64,000 bases of DNA from Hormoscilla sp. (GTDB taxonomy: Bacteria; Cyanobacteriota; Cyanobacteriia; Cyanobacteriales; Desertifilaceae): the NCBI GenBank assembly GCA_051439505.1, contig JBFRWI010000174.1, forward strand, positions 1 through 64,000, read 5' to 3'. The notes beneath the pieces were generated by a model. The model made no database searches, was not told the DNA's origin, and was given only the letters and a program-made list of their open reading frames with translations. Below are positions 46,842 through 58,041 of this stretch, piece after piece. Position 1 is the first letter of the stretch, and every line of letters begins with the position of its first letter. Position numbers and translations under genes: made by a program.

Positions 46842-48125
46842 GTGATGTGTAATTGGAAGACGGCCTTGCGTTCCCAGGGGTCGCCAGGGAACGAGGGAAC
46901 GGTAGACAAGGTAGATATTGCCATCATTGGGGCAGGGCCTCAGGCGTTAACGTTGGTGACCCATTTGCTGCAAAAGAAGGAATCCATGGGCAACCGCTTT
47001 GTGGTGCTCGATCCCGCTGGGGATTGGCTACGGCAATGGCAACAGCAGTTTGCTGCCTACGATATTCCCCACCTGCGATCGCCCGCAGTGCATCATCCCG
47101 ACCCTGACCCCCATGCCCTCCGCACCTTTGCCGAATCACGCCGGGAGGAACTCTTTGCTCCCTACGACCTACCCGGAACCCAACTCTTCCATGACTTTTG
47201 CCAAGAGGTGATTCGGCGCTGGGGATTGCAGGAGCGGGTCATTCCAGCCCAGGTACAGCAGATCGAACTTTTTCATCAGCAGGGATGGCAGCAGTTTCGG
47301 TTGGGACTCGCCGATGGTCGGGTGCTGACGGCCAACCGTGTCGTCTTAGCGATCGCCGGTGGTAAACCCAACATTCCCCCATGGATGCAAACCTTGCCGG
47401 AGAACTACCCAAGCGATCGCCTCCTTCACTCCCATCAGGTCGATCTGCGCAGTCTTCGGCAGTTAACCGGAGAAACGATTTTGATTGTCGGCAGTGGGCT
47501 GACCAGCGGACATCTGGCATTGGGGGCGATCGCGCGGGGTGCAAAGGTCATCATGATGGCGCGGCGCACCTTTTACGAGAAACTATTCGATGCCGAACCT
47601 GGATGGCTCGGGCCCAAATACCTCAAGGAGTTCCACGCCGAACCCGATTGGGAAACCCGCTGGCAGATGATTCAAGCTGCCCGCAATGGAGGTTCCCTAA
47701 CCCCCGCCGTTCTCACCCAATTGCGACGCAGGAAACGAGACGGTAAGGTATCTTTTTACGAACAGTGCGAAATTCAGTCCGCAGCATGGCATGAGGATGC
47801 CTGGAAGGTGACCTGTAACCAACCGGGAGTTCATGATTGCATTGCCCAACAACGGATCGATCGCATCTGGCTAGCAACCGGTAGCACCCTAGATGTGAAT
47901 CACTGGCCCCTGTTAGCCAATATACGGGCGACCAACCCCTTACCACTGGTCAATGGCTTACCCGTGTTGGATGAGAAGCTTCGCTGGGCAGGACGCAATC
48001 TTTTCATTATGGGGGGAGCGGCGGCATTGCAACTGGGGCCAGTGGCCCGCAACTTATTTGGGGCCCGGCTGGCTAGTAACCGGATTGTCCCAGCGCTGAT
48101 CAAGGACTTCAGTGGACGAGCGTAG
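46842..48125 (+). CDS. FAD/NAD(P)-dependent oxidoreductase (N-hydroxylase-like fold)
   Basis: IIGAGPQA, LRSPAVHHP, IVGSGLTSG, WLATG. Confidence 0.85.
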   Translation: MMCNWKTALRSQGSPGNEGTVDKVDIAIIGAGPQALTLVTHLLQKKESMGNRFVVLDPAGDWLRQWQQQFAAYDIPHLRSPAVHHPDPDPHALRTFAESRREELFAPYDLPGTQLFHDFCQEVIRRWGLQERVIPAQVQQIELFHQQGWQQFRLGLADGRVLTANRVVLAIAGGKPNIPPWMQTLPENYPSDRLLHSHQVDLRSLRQLTGETILIVGSGLTSGHLALGAIARGAKVIMMARRTFYEKLFDAEPGWLGPKYLKEFHAEPDWETRWQMIQAARNGGSLTPAVLTQLRRRKRDGKVSFYEQCEIQSAAWHEDAWKVTCNQPGVHDCIAQQRIDRIWLATGSTLDVNHWPLLANIRATNPLPLVNGLPVLDEKLRWAGRNLFIMGGAAALQLGPVARNLFGARLASNRIVPALIKDFSGRA

Positions 48126-48449
48126 GGGCACGGAGATATTGCCTTCAACCGAAACCGAGGCGGGTGAAATGGACAGTGGCCCAACGTGAGGGAAGTAGTT
48201 CGTAGTTCGAGATTGCTAGCGCTCCTGCGTCGCGCCGCTACGCTAACGTGCCTCGCAACGCTGCGCGGTTCGTAGTTGGGGATCTCCCGAACGCAATCAT
48301 GCGGGTTTGAGGCATTTTCAACCCTCCGGAGAAATCAGGGTCCGGAGCATCCGTCGAACTCACGTTGCACCCATAAATTTTCCCGGTAATCTCGCTTGCA
48401 GTTGCCGATCGCCCGATGGATTGTTCGGTTATCATCTATTTTCCTATAG

Positions 48450-51400
48450 CTATTTTTCGCTGGATAGTAACGTCAATATATTCTGGTACTCAAACCGATC
48501 GCAACAGGCTGCGATCGCCTCTCCCAAATCCCGATCGCTCTGGCGAATCTTATCGATCACGGTTGCCAATAGATTAATGTTTCCCGTCAACAGGCCATGT
48601 TCTAGTTGTTGCCTTAATTCTTCAGGTAATTGCCTCAAGATGGGTCCAGTTAAAATTGCTTCCGACTGTTTGAGTGGCCCCTCGCTCTCGGCAACTGACT
48701 CGTAAACATAGCGCACTCCTAAATGTCGCTGCATCATCTCGAAGATATCTTCATCCCGAAATGGCTTGCCCAGAAGATCGTCACACCCAGCCGAAAGGAT
48801 CACTGCCTTTTGAGCTTCTAACACGCTAGCCGTCAAAGCGATAATTGCCGTGGCCTGTCCTTTCGTCGTCGCTTTGATCTGTTGAGTCGCTTCATCTCCA
48901 TTCATGACTGGCATCCGCATATCCATCCAAATTAAATGGGGTTCCCACTCCGACCACATTTCTACCGCTTCTTCGCCATTACTCGCTTCTTTAAGTTCAA
49001 ACCCCAAGGGTGATAGCAGTTCGATCAATAGCTTGCGATTGATGGGCTTGTCGTCTACAATCAGAATCCGATAGCGGGGCTGACCCGGTTCCAGGCCAAT
49101 GATGCGCTCTGTGGGTTTTGAAGTTTCTACTTCATCGGGTTCCACCAGGGTAGCCTTGATGTCAAACTTAAAGGTCGTCCCCACTCCTACTTGGGAGCGA
49201 ACCGTCATATCGCCTCCCATCAATTTTACGAAGGAACGGCTGATGGCCAGTCCCAGTCCCGTTCCTTCTTGGGCTTTTTTGCCACTAGCAGTTTGCGCAA
49301 ATGCTTGAAACAACTGGTCCAGTTCTTCGGGGGCAATTCCGGCTCCCGTATCTTCCACTTCAAAGGTAATTTTAGCTCCTTTGGAGTACTCCGATGTCGA
49401 GGATGCTACTCTCACCGAAATTCCCCCGGCCTCGGTAAATTTAATGGCGTTGTTAATCAGGTTAATCAGAATCTGGCGCAGTTTCACTTCATCGGTGCTC
49501 AGATACTGGCTCAAGTCTGGCTCTTGCTCGCAGAACAGGTGCAATCCTTTGGCTTCTGCTTTTAGGCGCAGCATGTCTTCAATGTCTGAAAGCAAGCGGT
49601 ACAGGTCGAAGTTTTTTTCGTTCAGGGTAGTGCGTCCGGCTTCGATTTTGGACAGGTCCAGGATGTTGTTGATTAAGGTCAGCAGATGTTCGCCACTGCT
49701 GCTGATAATGTTGACATTTTCTTGATGTTCTTCCGACAGGGTTTGGGAGCGGGTCATAATTTGGGTGAAGCCCAAAATAGCATTCAGAGGACTGCGGAGT
49801 TCGTGAGACATGTTGGCGATGAAGGTGCTTTTAGCAGCATTTGCGGCATCAGCTTTTATTTTGGCTTGTTCGAGTTCGGCGGTGCGTTCTTGGACCCGCA
49901 GTTCTAACTGCTGGGCCTGTTCTCTCAGTCGTGCTTCCGATCGCCTCAGGGCGGCTTCGGCTTGTTTTTGTTCGGTGATGTCTCGCAGAATAATCACATT
50001 TTCTTCTAAGTAGTCATGGGTGAATTCTGAGGTAGACATTTCTAGATAGATCGTCCGATCTCCCAAGATTAACTGCTGTTCGCTGCGTCGCGGCCAATCG
50101 GACACGGCATCTGGTAAATCGGTTAAGTAGTCTTTCAGATAGCGACCGATCGGGTCTTGTCGAGAAGTTTGAAACAGAGCGGCCATGGCGGGGTTGACTT
50201 GGAGGATCGCTCCACGGCGATCGATCGCCCCAATGGCGTCTTGGGCAATATTAAATAAAAGTTCCGATTTTTCTCTTGCTTCAACAATGGTAGCCACTTG
50301 AGGCAAGCTAGTCCAGCAAGCGATCGCCACTCCCACAAATCCTGCGGTTAACACCAGGATCGTCAACAAGCTGTTTCGCACCTCTGGCGGCAGGCCATTG
50401 AGGGCAGAAGCCACGATCCAACTGGCCACCGTGGCCCCGCAAACCAGAAAGATCAATATGGATACCTGGAACCCGACAAAATCCTTAAAATACCCTGCCG
50501 GACGCACCCGATCGCGCTGGATCCACCAACTGGGTTGAACAATTGCCCAGGGCAGTGCCGAGAGCGCGCGATCGGCTAAAATCAGCAAGACAGGAATTGT
50601 CAAACCTACGACAAAATCGGTCACGCTCCAAGCCAAACCACCGACAACCAGCACCACAGCTTCTACCACGAGAAAACCCAGAGACCACCAGGGCCAGAGA
50701 ACTTCCGGTTTGCCCCGATTCAGCCACAGTCCCAGATGCACCACCATCATGGAAATCAAGTAGCCAATTCCCGTAATCTCAATAATCCGCAATACATCTC
50801 CCCAAATCAAGCAACCGATGCTGATGACTAAGGTGGCACTGAGGGCCGGGCCCAAAACTCCCCGCCGGGAAACCACTCCCAACACCGGGGAAATATAGCC
50901 ATCGAGGGCCAGTTGGTAGAGAACTCTGGCGCTGAGGGCGACGGTGGTGGCGCAACTGAGCAAGGATGCAAAGGCAATGAGTAACACGATTAAGACAGTG
51001 GCGGCATCTCCCCAAAAGGCTTCAGCACATTTGATTAAGTTGAGCAGGACATCATCTCCTAAACTGCGATCGTTCGCCAAACGCATCACCACCCAAGATC
51101 CGCCCACATAGACAATTGGTAACAGTCCGGCAGTGAGTTTCAGGTAATGCAGTGCGGCACTCGGATGGCGACTGTCGGCAATGAAAGCAGCTGCTCCTTC
51201 GCTAGCATAGACTGCATAGACGGCGACTATATACCATTTAGCCCAGTCCACCGGAGCAAATGCCGACCAGCGATCGGGGAAAAACCCCGGACTTTCCGGA
51301 GATAGCAGCAACCACCCCAGTCCTTGAATCGCAAAGACGAGGAGGAAGCCAATGGCCGGGATCGTAAAAATCAGGTGCAAAATTGCCAAAGCCCGGTTGC

Positions 51401-51866
51401 CGCTGAAGGCGAGGATAAAAGCAATTAAGGTAAATCCAATCTTAAAGGTAGTTTGGGGAGTTTCAATGTGATAGGGCGTTAAGAGGGCGGCGATTAAATT
51501 CGTTAAGACGATCGCATTAATGGGAATCAGGGCAGCCCAACTGATAAAATAGCCGCTAGCTGCATATAAGCCCAAAGCTGGGTAGGAAGCGATTAAGCGA
51601 GTTGCGTAGTTGGAGGTACCGCCGGACATTTCCGGCCAATAACTGCCCAAGCGAGCTAATTGTAGATTGAGTAATATCGCCACAATTACAGCAGGCACCC
51701 AAACCAATAAGGCTTGAGGTCCCAAAGCGTAATGCATTCCGATCGCGGTTCCTGGCCACACTAATAATCCGGTCAGGCTAAAGCCAAAATCTTCTAAGCG
51801 ACTAAAGCTGCTCCTCAGGCGCAGCGAGGGTTTCAGGGGCTGGCGTCGTGCAATAAACTGAAACAT
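48450..51866 (-). CDS. Hybrid histidine kinase with N-terminal APC amino-acid-permease domain (APC-PAS-HisKA-HATPase-REC)
   Basis: About 520 aa of polytopic membrane region (WPEMSGG..YA), then SHELRSPLNAI, GTGLGL and IWMDMRMP. Confidence 0.88.
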   Translation of the reverse strand: MFQFIARRQPLKPSLRLRSSFSRLEDFGFSLTGLLVWPGTAIGMHYALGPQALLVWVPAVIVAILLNLQLARLGSYWPEMSGGTSNYATRLIASYPALGLYAASGYFISWAALIPINAIVLTNLIAALLTPYHIETPQTTFKIGFTLIAFILAFSGNRALAILHLIFTIPAIGFLLVFAIQGLGWLLLSPESPGFFPDRWSAFAPVDWAKWYIVAVYAVYASEGAAAFIADSRHPSAALHYLKLTAGLLPIVYVGGSWVVMRLANDRSLGDDVLLNLIKCAEAFWGDAATVLIVLLIAFASLLSCATTVALSARVLYQLALDGYISPVLGVVSRRGVLGPALSATLVISIGCLIWGDVLRIIEITGIGYLISMMVVHLGLWLNRGKPEVLWPWWSLGFLVVEAVVLVVGGLAWSVTDFVVGLTIPVLLILADRALSALPWAIVQPSWWIQRDRVRPAGYFKDFVGFQVSILIFLVCGATVASWIVASALNGLPPEVRNSLLTILVLTAGFVGVAIACWTSLPQVATIVEAREKSELLFNIAQDAIGAIDRRGAILQVNPAMAALFQTSRQDPIGRYLKDYLTDLPDAVSDWPRRSEQQLILGDRTIYLEMSTSEFTHDYLEENVIILRDITEQKQAEAALRRSEARLREQAQQLELRVQERTAELEQAKIKADAANAAKSTFIANMSHELRSPLNAILGFTQIMTRSQTLSEEHQENVNIISSSGEHLLTLINNILDLSKIEAGRTTLNEKNFDLYRLLSDIEDMLRLKAEAKGLHLFCEQEPDLSQYLSTDEVKLRQILINLINNAIKFTEAGGISVRVASSTSEYSKGAKITFEVEDTGAGIAPEELDQLFQAFAQTASGKKAQEGTGLGLAISRSFVKLMGGDMTVRSQVGVGTTFKFDIKATLVEPDEVETSKPTERIIGLEPGQPRYRILIVDDKPINRKLLIELLSPLGFELKEASNGEEAVEMWSEWEPHLIWMDMRMPVMNGDEATQQIKATTKGQATAIIALTASVLEAQKAVILSAGCDDLLGKPFRDEDIFEMMQRHLGVRYVYESVAESEGPLKQSEAILTGPILRQLPEELRQQLEHGLLTGNINLLATVIDKIRQSDRDLGEAIAACCDRFEYQNILTLLSSEK

Positions 51867-51908
51867 AGATAATTTTTATTTTCAGGAGATGGATAAAGTA
51901 TATTTTTC

Positions 51909-52501
51909 GGCGTTGCACATTTTTAGGATGATGATTGCTAATGGCTAATTGCTAATGGCTAATTTTTGCCATATATTAACGGGTGTGGTCAAAACCAGTT
52001 GATAGTTCTAGGATCGGACCAGTCGTCGGATCCCCCCAAACCCCCCTTAAAAAGCTATCCCTTACTCACATATTTCTTAACATAAGTGGGGAGTGGGGAG
52101 TGGGGAGTGGGGAGAGTCAATTGGGTTTTGTATAATTGTCTAGACACTTGTCACATGACCAGCAAAGATGCGTGAAACCCTGATTACTTTAACGTCAGCT
52201 ATTCTCAATAAATCGAATAATTTCTCAAGAACTATCGTGACCAAAAAGTCAACCCCCTAGCAGAGATAAAACCTCAAAACCTTTGCCCCATAAGGCTTTC
52301 AAGATTGTAAAGAATTATGTGAGTAAAGGTAAGCTTAAAAAGGGGTGCTTCCGGTGCGCCCCCCCAATCGCCACGGGGGGGTTTGGGGGGGGATCCGGCT
52401 ACAACTACTTTTGACCACACCCTATATTAACATTTATTCCCTCTCGTCAGGTCACTCTGCATGGTGCAAGGTCACTTATCATCCCGTTGTTGTGCAACGC
52501 C
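51909..52501. mobile_element. Nested MITE stack
   Basis: Outer GGCGTTGCACA inverted repeats; 51981-52422 GGGTGTGGTCA element with TSD TATATTAAC; 52055-52333 element with TSD CTTAAAAAG. Confidence 0.8.
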
Positions 52502-52600
52502 CCGGCATCAAACCATCATTATTGCGTCAGAGAGATCCCCAACTCCGATTTTTCCACCAACGGTACTCCGAAACTCCGAACGGAGAACTCCGAACTCACG

Positions 52601-53962
52601 TTAGGTTAGGGGGAGGGCGATCGCAAATTCGGTCCCTTTTCCCAATTCGGAATTACAGGTGATGCTGCCACCATGCTTTTCTACTACAATCTGACGGGCG
52701 ATCGCCATTCCCAACCCCGTCCCTTTACCTACTGGTTTGGTGGTAAATCCTTGATCGAAGATCCGTTGCTTCACCTCTAGGGGCATCCCCGTGCCATTAT
52801 CGGCAATTCTGACCACAACCCGATCGCCCTCTTGTGCTGTTTTAATTGTAATGCGATTGGGGTTGGCGGCCAGATCTGCAAAACTGCGTCCCGAGTTGCC
52901 TTCTTCTAAAGCATCGATCGCATTTGCCAGCAAATTCATAAACACCTGATTCAACTGTCCCGGGAAGCATTCGATCGGGGGGACTTCACCATATTCCGTG
53001 CCCACTTCAATGGCGGGACGGTTTTTATTAGCTTTTAAGCGATGTTTGAGAATCAGCAGGGTGCTTTCAATCCCATCGGGCAGATGGAACGATACTTTAT
53101 GTTTTTTGTCCGATCGGGAGAAGGTCCGCAGACTCGTGCTGATATTTTTAATTCGTTCCACCCCCAGAGTCATAGAATCGATCGACTCGGGCAAATCCTC
53201 ACGCAAATACTCCAGCTCGATCGCCTCTATTCGTTCTTCTATCTCCTCCCCGGGATTGGGAAATTTTGCTTGATATAGAGCCAGCAAACCCAGCACATCT
53301 TGCACGTATTCTTGGGCGGGCCGAATATTCCCTTGCAAGAAACCCACCGGATTATTAATTTCATGAGCTATTCCCGCCACCAACTGACCTAAAGTTGCCA
53401 TCTTTTCATTTTGAACTAATTGCAGTTGTGCTTGCTGAAGTTCGTGCAATCTTGCTTGCAATTCTTGATTCGCCTTTTCCAACTGTTGATTCATTTGCTG
53501 AAGTTGCACATTTTTTTCCTCCAGCTTGAGATCTTGCAGTTCCGTTTTTTCTTGCAATCCTTTCTGCAATCTCGCTAGTAACATATGGCTTTTCACCCTC
53601 ACCAACACCTCCTCCGCCTGAAAAGGTTTGGTAATATAATCAATTCCTCCTACCTCAAAGGCTTTGATTTTATCAAATACCTCATCTAAAGCACTCACAA
53701 AAATTACCGGTATGTCTTGCGTCCTGGCATCTGCTTTCAGATGCTTGCAAACTTCATAGCCGTTCATATCTGGCATGTTAATATCCAGGAGAATGATATC
53801 CGGATAGTCTAGATGAATTCCTTGGATCGCTAACTTGCCACTAGGAATTGGACGCACCGTATATCCTTTTTTTGACAACAAGCCCATCAATACTTTTAAG
53901 TTAGCTGGAGTGTCGTCTACAATTAAGATATTTCCCGATTCGTTAATCTGCTCTAAATTCAT
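52601..53962 (-). CDS. REC-HisKA-HATPase hybrid kinase
   Basis: ILIVDD, LLDINMP, IAHEINNP, FTTKPVGKGTGLG. Confidence 0.93.
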   Translation of the reverse strand: MNLEQINESGNILIVDDTPANLKVLMGLLSKKGYTVRPIPSGKLAIQGIHLDYPDIILLDINMPDMNGYEVCKHLKADARTQDIPVIFVSALDEVFDKIKAFEVGGIDYITKPFQAEEVLVRVKSHMLLARLQKGLQEKTELQDLKLEEKNVQLQQMNQQLEKANQELQARLHELQQAQLQLVQNEKMATLGQLVAGIAHEINNPVGFLQGNIRPAQEYVQDVLGLLALYQAKFPNPGEEIEERIEAIELEYLREDLPESIDSMTLGVERIKNISTSLRTFSRSDKKHKVSFHLPDGIESTLLILKHRLKANKNRPAIEVGTEYGEVPPIECFPGQLNQVFMNLLANAIDALEEGNSGRSFADLAANPNRITIKTAQEGDRVVVRIADNGTGMPLEVKQRIFDQGFTTKPVGKGTGLGMAIARQIVVEKHGGSITCNSELGKGTEFAIALPLT

Positions 53963-53968
53963 AAACCT

Positions 53969-54637
53969 ATTCTATTTATCTAGTAACGTCAAAATTTTCT
54001 GCTATTCAAAATTATCGCAACAAGATGCGATCGCCTCTCCCAAATCACGATTTGACGAGCGAATATTATCAAGCACGCTTGCCAATAAATTCATGTTTCC
54101 CGTCAACAGGGCCTGTTCTAGTTGCTGCCTTAATTCTTCAGGTAGTTGCATTAAGTTGGGCCCAGTTAAGATTTCTGCCGACTGTTTGACTGCCCGATCG
54201 CCCTCTGAGACACCAGGTGGCTCTAATTGTAGTAGAGTATGCATCACGGTCTGAAATTCTTCGCTAAAGGCATCCATCAGGGGCGCAATGTTCTCGCGGA
54301 TACCTTCTTTGAAAGCCTTTTCTCGGGCGGCAGCTGCGTGAAATAATTCATCGGCCCCCAGCTTGCCAGCGGCACCTTTAATTGCATGGGTCTTCTGGCG
54401 GGCGGCTTCATAGTCCGATCGGGCAACTGCTGTCTGAATCTCTTCAAGGGCTTGTCCCTGACGGCGCCGAAATTGCTGCAACACCTTGATGTAAGCCTTT
54501 TGATTGCCGCCGATGCACTTAATTCCACCTACAGTATCAATCCCTTCTAAAGTCAGCTCTTCCATTTCTGATGAGGGGATATCGGAGTTCTTGCCAGTAT
54601 TCTGCCGTTTTATGTACCGACTCATAGTCTTGAACAA
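53969..54637 (-). pseudogene. 5'-truncated hybrid kinase remnant with Hpt domain
   Basis: HAIKGAAGKLGA. The tail is paralogous to the 48450 kinase but has TAG where that gene has Tyr (FE*QKILTLL versus FEYQNILTLL). Confidence 0.7.
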
Positions 54638-54751
54638 CGTGAGTTCGACAGATGATCCGGACTCATAACCGGGTTTCGCCCGATCGCCTGTAGAGGGTCT
54701 AACTAGCTATTTACGGGGAAACCCGGTTGACCGTACCCTTTTGAGTTTGTC

Positions 54752-55777
54752 TCAACTTAAAGGAATTGGTATTGCTTGCTCTCCTATACTATAGCAACTC
54801 GGCTTTACCAACTTCCTCCCGGAAGCATTATTCTTCTTTATATCTTTCAATATTCCATCGATAACTTGCTCTACTTTTTCTTCTAAATCTGGCTCGATCC
54901 GATTTTTATAAATACTCAGAGGATCCTGCTGATTTTTTCCCGAACCGGATATCATGGCAATTAGAATCGGTCTCTCTTCGGACGAGTTAATTAAAGGCGG
55001 ACATTTCCGATCGTCGTACTGACCGAAATTCAATGCGTATGTGTTTGTCGATTCAGGAGCGGGAATAAAAGCATAAAAAGCTTCGTGTAAGTTCCTCGCC
55101 CGCCACCAGGCCCTTTCTTCTTCTATTTCCAAATCACCTTCCCGGGAAGCCATGCCAATAAAGAATACATCTGTTTTTCCTTTCATCGCATGTTCAAAGT
55201 TTTCCCTGGCTTTATCTTTAGAGGATAACCGCTCTGCAATTATATTTATTTTCCGCTCTCCGCCGGCGTGCTCGATCTTAGAGTTACTCCCCAATCCCCA
55301 TCGGTAGTTGAGCGGCACAAAATACACTTGGTGCTCAATTTCGTCCTTTCCTCCATTACTCTTATGCGCTTTTTGCTCTGATTTCCATGAGAAAACAAAT
55401 ACATTCCTCATATCCCGATCGCTGATTTCGCAAATAAGCGTTGCATAGCCACTGGGAACCTTAACCTCACTGCTTGAGCAATTACTTTCTTTCCGTAAAT
55501 CCCAATATGATTCCAGTTCCCTAGGTGGTAACACCGGTGATGCAGGTGGCTTAGGTGGCTCAGGTGGATTAGGTCCTGGCACCGGTGGCCGAGGTTGTTG
55601 TCCGGGGTTATTTATTAAAGCAATAGCGACACCAATACCAATAGAGACGACAGCTAAAATCATACCGAACCCGATCGCCCGCCCAGTCGCCGATATAGGT
55701 GTCTTCTTCTTCTTAATGCTAGGTCCGGAGTTCTTATTCTTCATGCTACTAACTATCTTTTTAATAAAATCCAGCAT
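54752..55777 (-). CDS. Membrane-anchored protein with Pro-rich linker and OmpA-C-like segment
   Basis: One TM helix, PRPPVPGPNPPEPP linker, IGMASREG..EEERA..RA. Confidence 0.55.
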   Translation of the reverse strand: MLDFIKKIVSSMKNKNSGPSIKKKKTPISATGRAIGFGMILAVVSIGIGVAIALINNPGQQPRPPVPGPNPPEPPKPPASPVLPPRELESYWDLRKESNCSSSEVKVPSGYATLICEISDRDMRNVFVFSWKSEQKAHKSNGGKDEIEHQVYFVPLNYRWGLGSNSKIEHAGGERKINIIAERLSSKDKARENFEHAMKGKTDVFFIGMASREGDLEIEEERAWWRARNLHEAFYAFIPAPESTNTYALNFGQYDDRKCPPLINSSEERPILIAMISGSGKNQQDPLSIYKNRIEPDLEEKVEQVIDGILKDIKKNNASGRKLVKPSCYSIGEQAIPIPLS

Positions 55778-55973
55778 CTGCTTTACTCCTTTTTACTTCG
55801 CCCTGCCGTGGTCTTGCACCAGTTGGTGAAAAAATACCACACCCACGAATGGTGGGCGATGCCCACCCTACGAATGCAACGACAAATGATCCACAGTTCG
55901 CACTGCCCGATCGCCTAAAGAGCGATCGCCCCCTCTTCTCGTAGGCGATCGCCCCTGCTACCTGAATTTAACC

Positions 55974-56828
55974 TTAATTTTCTGGGGCTTTTGGCGCGCC
56001 ATACTCAGAGGACTCTGCCTTCTTTGACTCTTCTGAATCTCCTTGTATTTGCTTGAGATGAATGCTATTCACCTTCGCGATAAAATTGGCGATCGCCTTT
56101 CTTAAGCTTTTTTCACGTTCTACGGGATCGACAATATCATAATGTCGATAAGCTGGAATTACCCCCAAGATCAATTTCTCCTGTTCCGCTTCTAGCAGTT
56201 CCACCACTCTGTTTGCCGAAATCCAATTTTCTTGAAACGGAAAAGACGTCACCATACTCGCCACAATGGATGCGATCGCCGGACAAATTACCGGCAACCA
56301 TTTCAGCCAAACCGAACCCGTTTCCAATTTATCCACCAGCACCAAAATGGGGGTGACTCCAGATAAAAGAATTGTCCCCAATTGCAAAACATAGTAAATA
56401 TTCCTCGATAGCCCCCGAGTTTTCTTGTAATCCTCGATCAACCCTTGAGAGTATCGCAAAGCCTTTTCCACTACTGGAGTTACTTGACTATTTTCTGTCA
56501 ATTGTTTAGTTCCTGACAGGCAACTATTGCATAAGAGCGCTTTATTTTTCAGGTTCAAATCCTTAGCTTCCTTGGCATAGTTTGTTTCTAATTGCAGATT
56601 TACCAGGAACATAAATACAAACAGACCCACAGCAATCGCCACAGCTACGATTAACCAGAAATATCCAGGAAAAACAAACGCCGTAATGCTCAAACCTATG
56701 GCAGCAGCCAAGGACATATACTCTAGTACCTTTAAGGGTAATGCTATACCCTTCCTTGATGATTTTTCAACTTTTTTCACGCTTTCCTTCGGCTTTTTTC
56801 CCCGATCGGACATCATTGAACTCGTCAT
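55974..56828 (-). CDS. SLATT/DUF4231-domain membrane protein
   Basis: YYVLQLGTILLSGVTPILV..FPFQENW..ELLEAE; two extra N-terminal TM helices. Confidence 0.75.
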   Translation of the reverse strand: MTSSMMSDRGKKPKESVKKVEKSSRKGIALPLKVLEYMSLAAAIGLSITAFVFPGYFWLIVAVAIAVGLFVFMFLVNLQLETNYAKEAKDLNLKNKALLCNSCLSGTKQLTENSQVTPVVEKALRYSQGLIEDYKKTRGLSRNIYYVLQLGTILLSGVTPILVLVDKLETGSVWLKWLPVICPAIASIVASMVTSFPFQENWISANRVVELLEAEQEKLILGVIPAYRHYDIVDPVEREKSLRKAIANFIAKVNSIHLKQIQGDSEESKKAESSEYGAPKAPEN

Positions 56829-57177
56829 TTTTCCCTCACAATTAACTTGTCTACTTTGTGAACTTCCAGGTATAGTATAGCATACTTCCCTCCTAACAGG
56901 GTAAGTAACTTCGCACTTCACCCGCCGGGGGTTCAAACCCCCGCGTTCCCAGGCGGGAGCCAGGGAACTCGGCTTTGTGTCGGTTTCAACCGACTAATAC
57001 TATAATACCATAATGCTTAAATTAGCAGTAATGTAATTCTCTATAGCTTCCCTTCATCCTCATACGACATTTCCCTTGAATTTTGTCACATCCTATACTA
57101 ACCTCTGTTCACAATTGAGTAGCAAGCACTCTTCTTGCTTACTACAAACGGCCTGGTTTGTCGGCATCAACCTAGTT

Positions 57178-58041
57178 TTATTTTCCCTTATAATCCTCTT
57201 CTCCCTCTCCCTCGAATTGTTGGAGACGAATGCGATTCAGCTTATTGACAAACTTTCCGATCTCCTTGCGCACCTTTACCTTTGTTGATACCTTTTGACT
57301 CTCCTTTTCTGTTTGACTCTCCTTGCACCCGTCTGTTTTTTTAGTCTGATACTGCTCGGTTGTGCCCAAGATAAATTTCGCCTCTTCCGCTTCTAGACTT
57401 TCTATGACTTTCTTTGCTGAAGTCCAATTTTCTTCTAATGGAAAAGACGTGGCTATACTCGCCAACATCGATACTATCGCCGGCAATATTACAGGCACCC
57501 ACTTCAGCCACAATTTATCACTTCCCATTTTTTCCAGTAGGACGAAAATTGGGGTGACACCCGACAAGACAATTGTTACCACTTGAATAGAATAGTACCA
57601 TCTCCTGTTCCCCGACATCTTTTTTTTTGACTCTATTGTCAAGTATTGAGAGTATCTTAAAGCCTCTGGCACTAATAGCTTTACCTCGCGATTATTTTCT
57701 CCATCTTCTAAGAGATGACTGCTGCATATTTCTGTTCCCTTCTTCAACTGCATTTTTCGATATTCTTCCTCCTCGTATTTCTCTAATTCACTATTATAAA
57801 TTAGCAGGAAAATAAACATAACAACAGCAGCAATACTCACAGCTACTATCGTCAAATTACCACCAATAACCACAGCCATAACTATCAAACCAATGGCGGC
57901 CACTAATGCCATCTTCTCAAGCACCTTTAATTGTCCCTTTAACGGTAATTCTATACTCGAACACGAACCTGGTGATTCATCGTTCTTCTGGTTGTCACCC
58001 GTCTTATTTTCCTCATTGGACTGTATTTCAGAACTTGTCAT
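57178..58041 (-). CDS. SLATT/DUF4231-domain membrane protein (tandem paralogue)
   Basis: YYSIQVVTIVLSGVTPIFV..FPLEENW..ESLEAE. Confidence 0.75.
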   Translation of the reverse strand: MTSSEIQSNEENKTGDNQKNDESPGSCSSIELPLKGQLKVLEKMALVAAIGLIVMAVVIGGNLTIVAVSIAAVVMFIFLLIYNSELEKYEEEEYRKMQLKKGTEICSSHLLEDGENNREVKLLVPEALRYSQYLTIESKKKMSGNRRWYYSIQVVTIVLSGVTPIFVLLEKMGSDKLWLKWVPVILPAIVSMLASIATSFPLEENWTSAKKVIESLEAEEAKFILGTTEQYQTKKTDGCKESQTEKESQKVSTKVKVRKEIGKFVNKLNRIRLQQFEGEGEEDYKGK

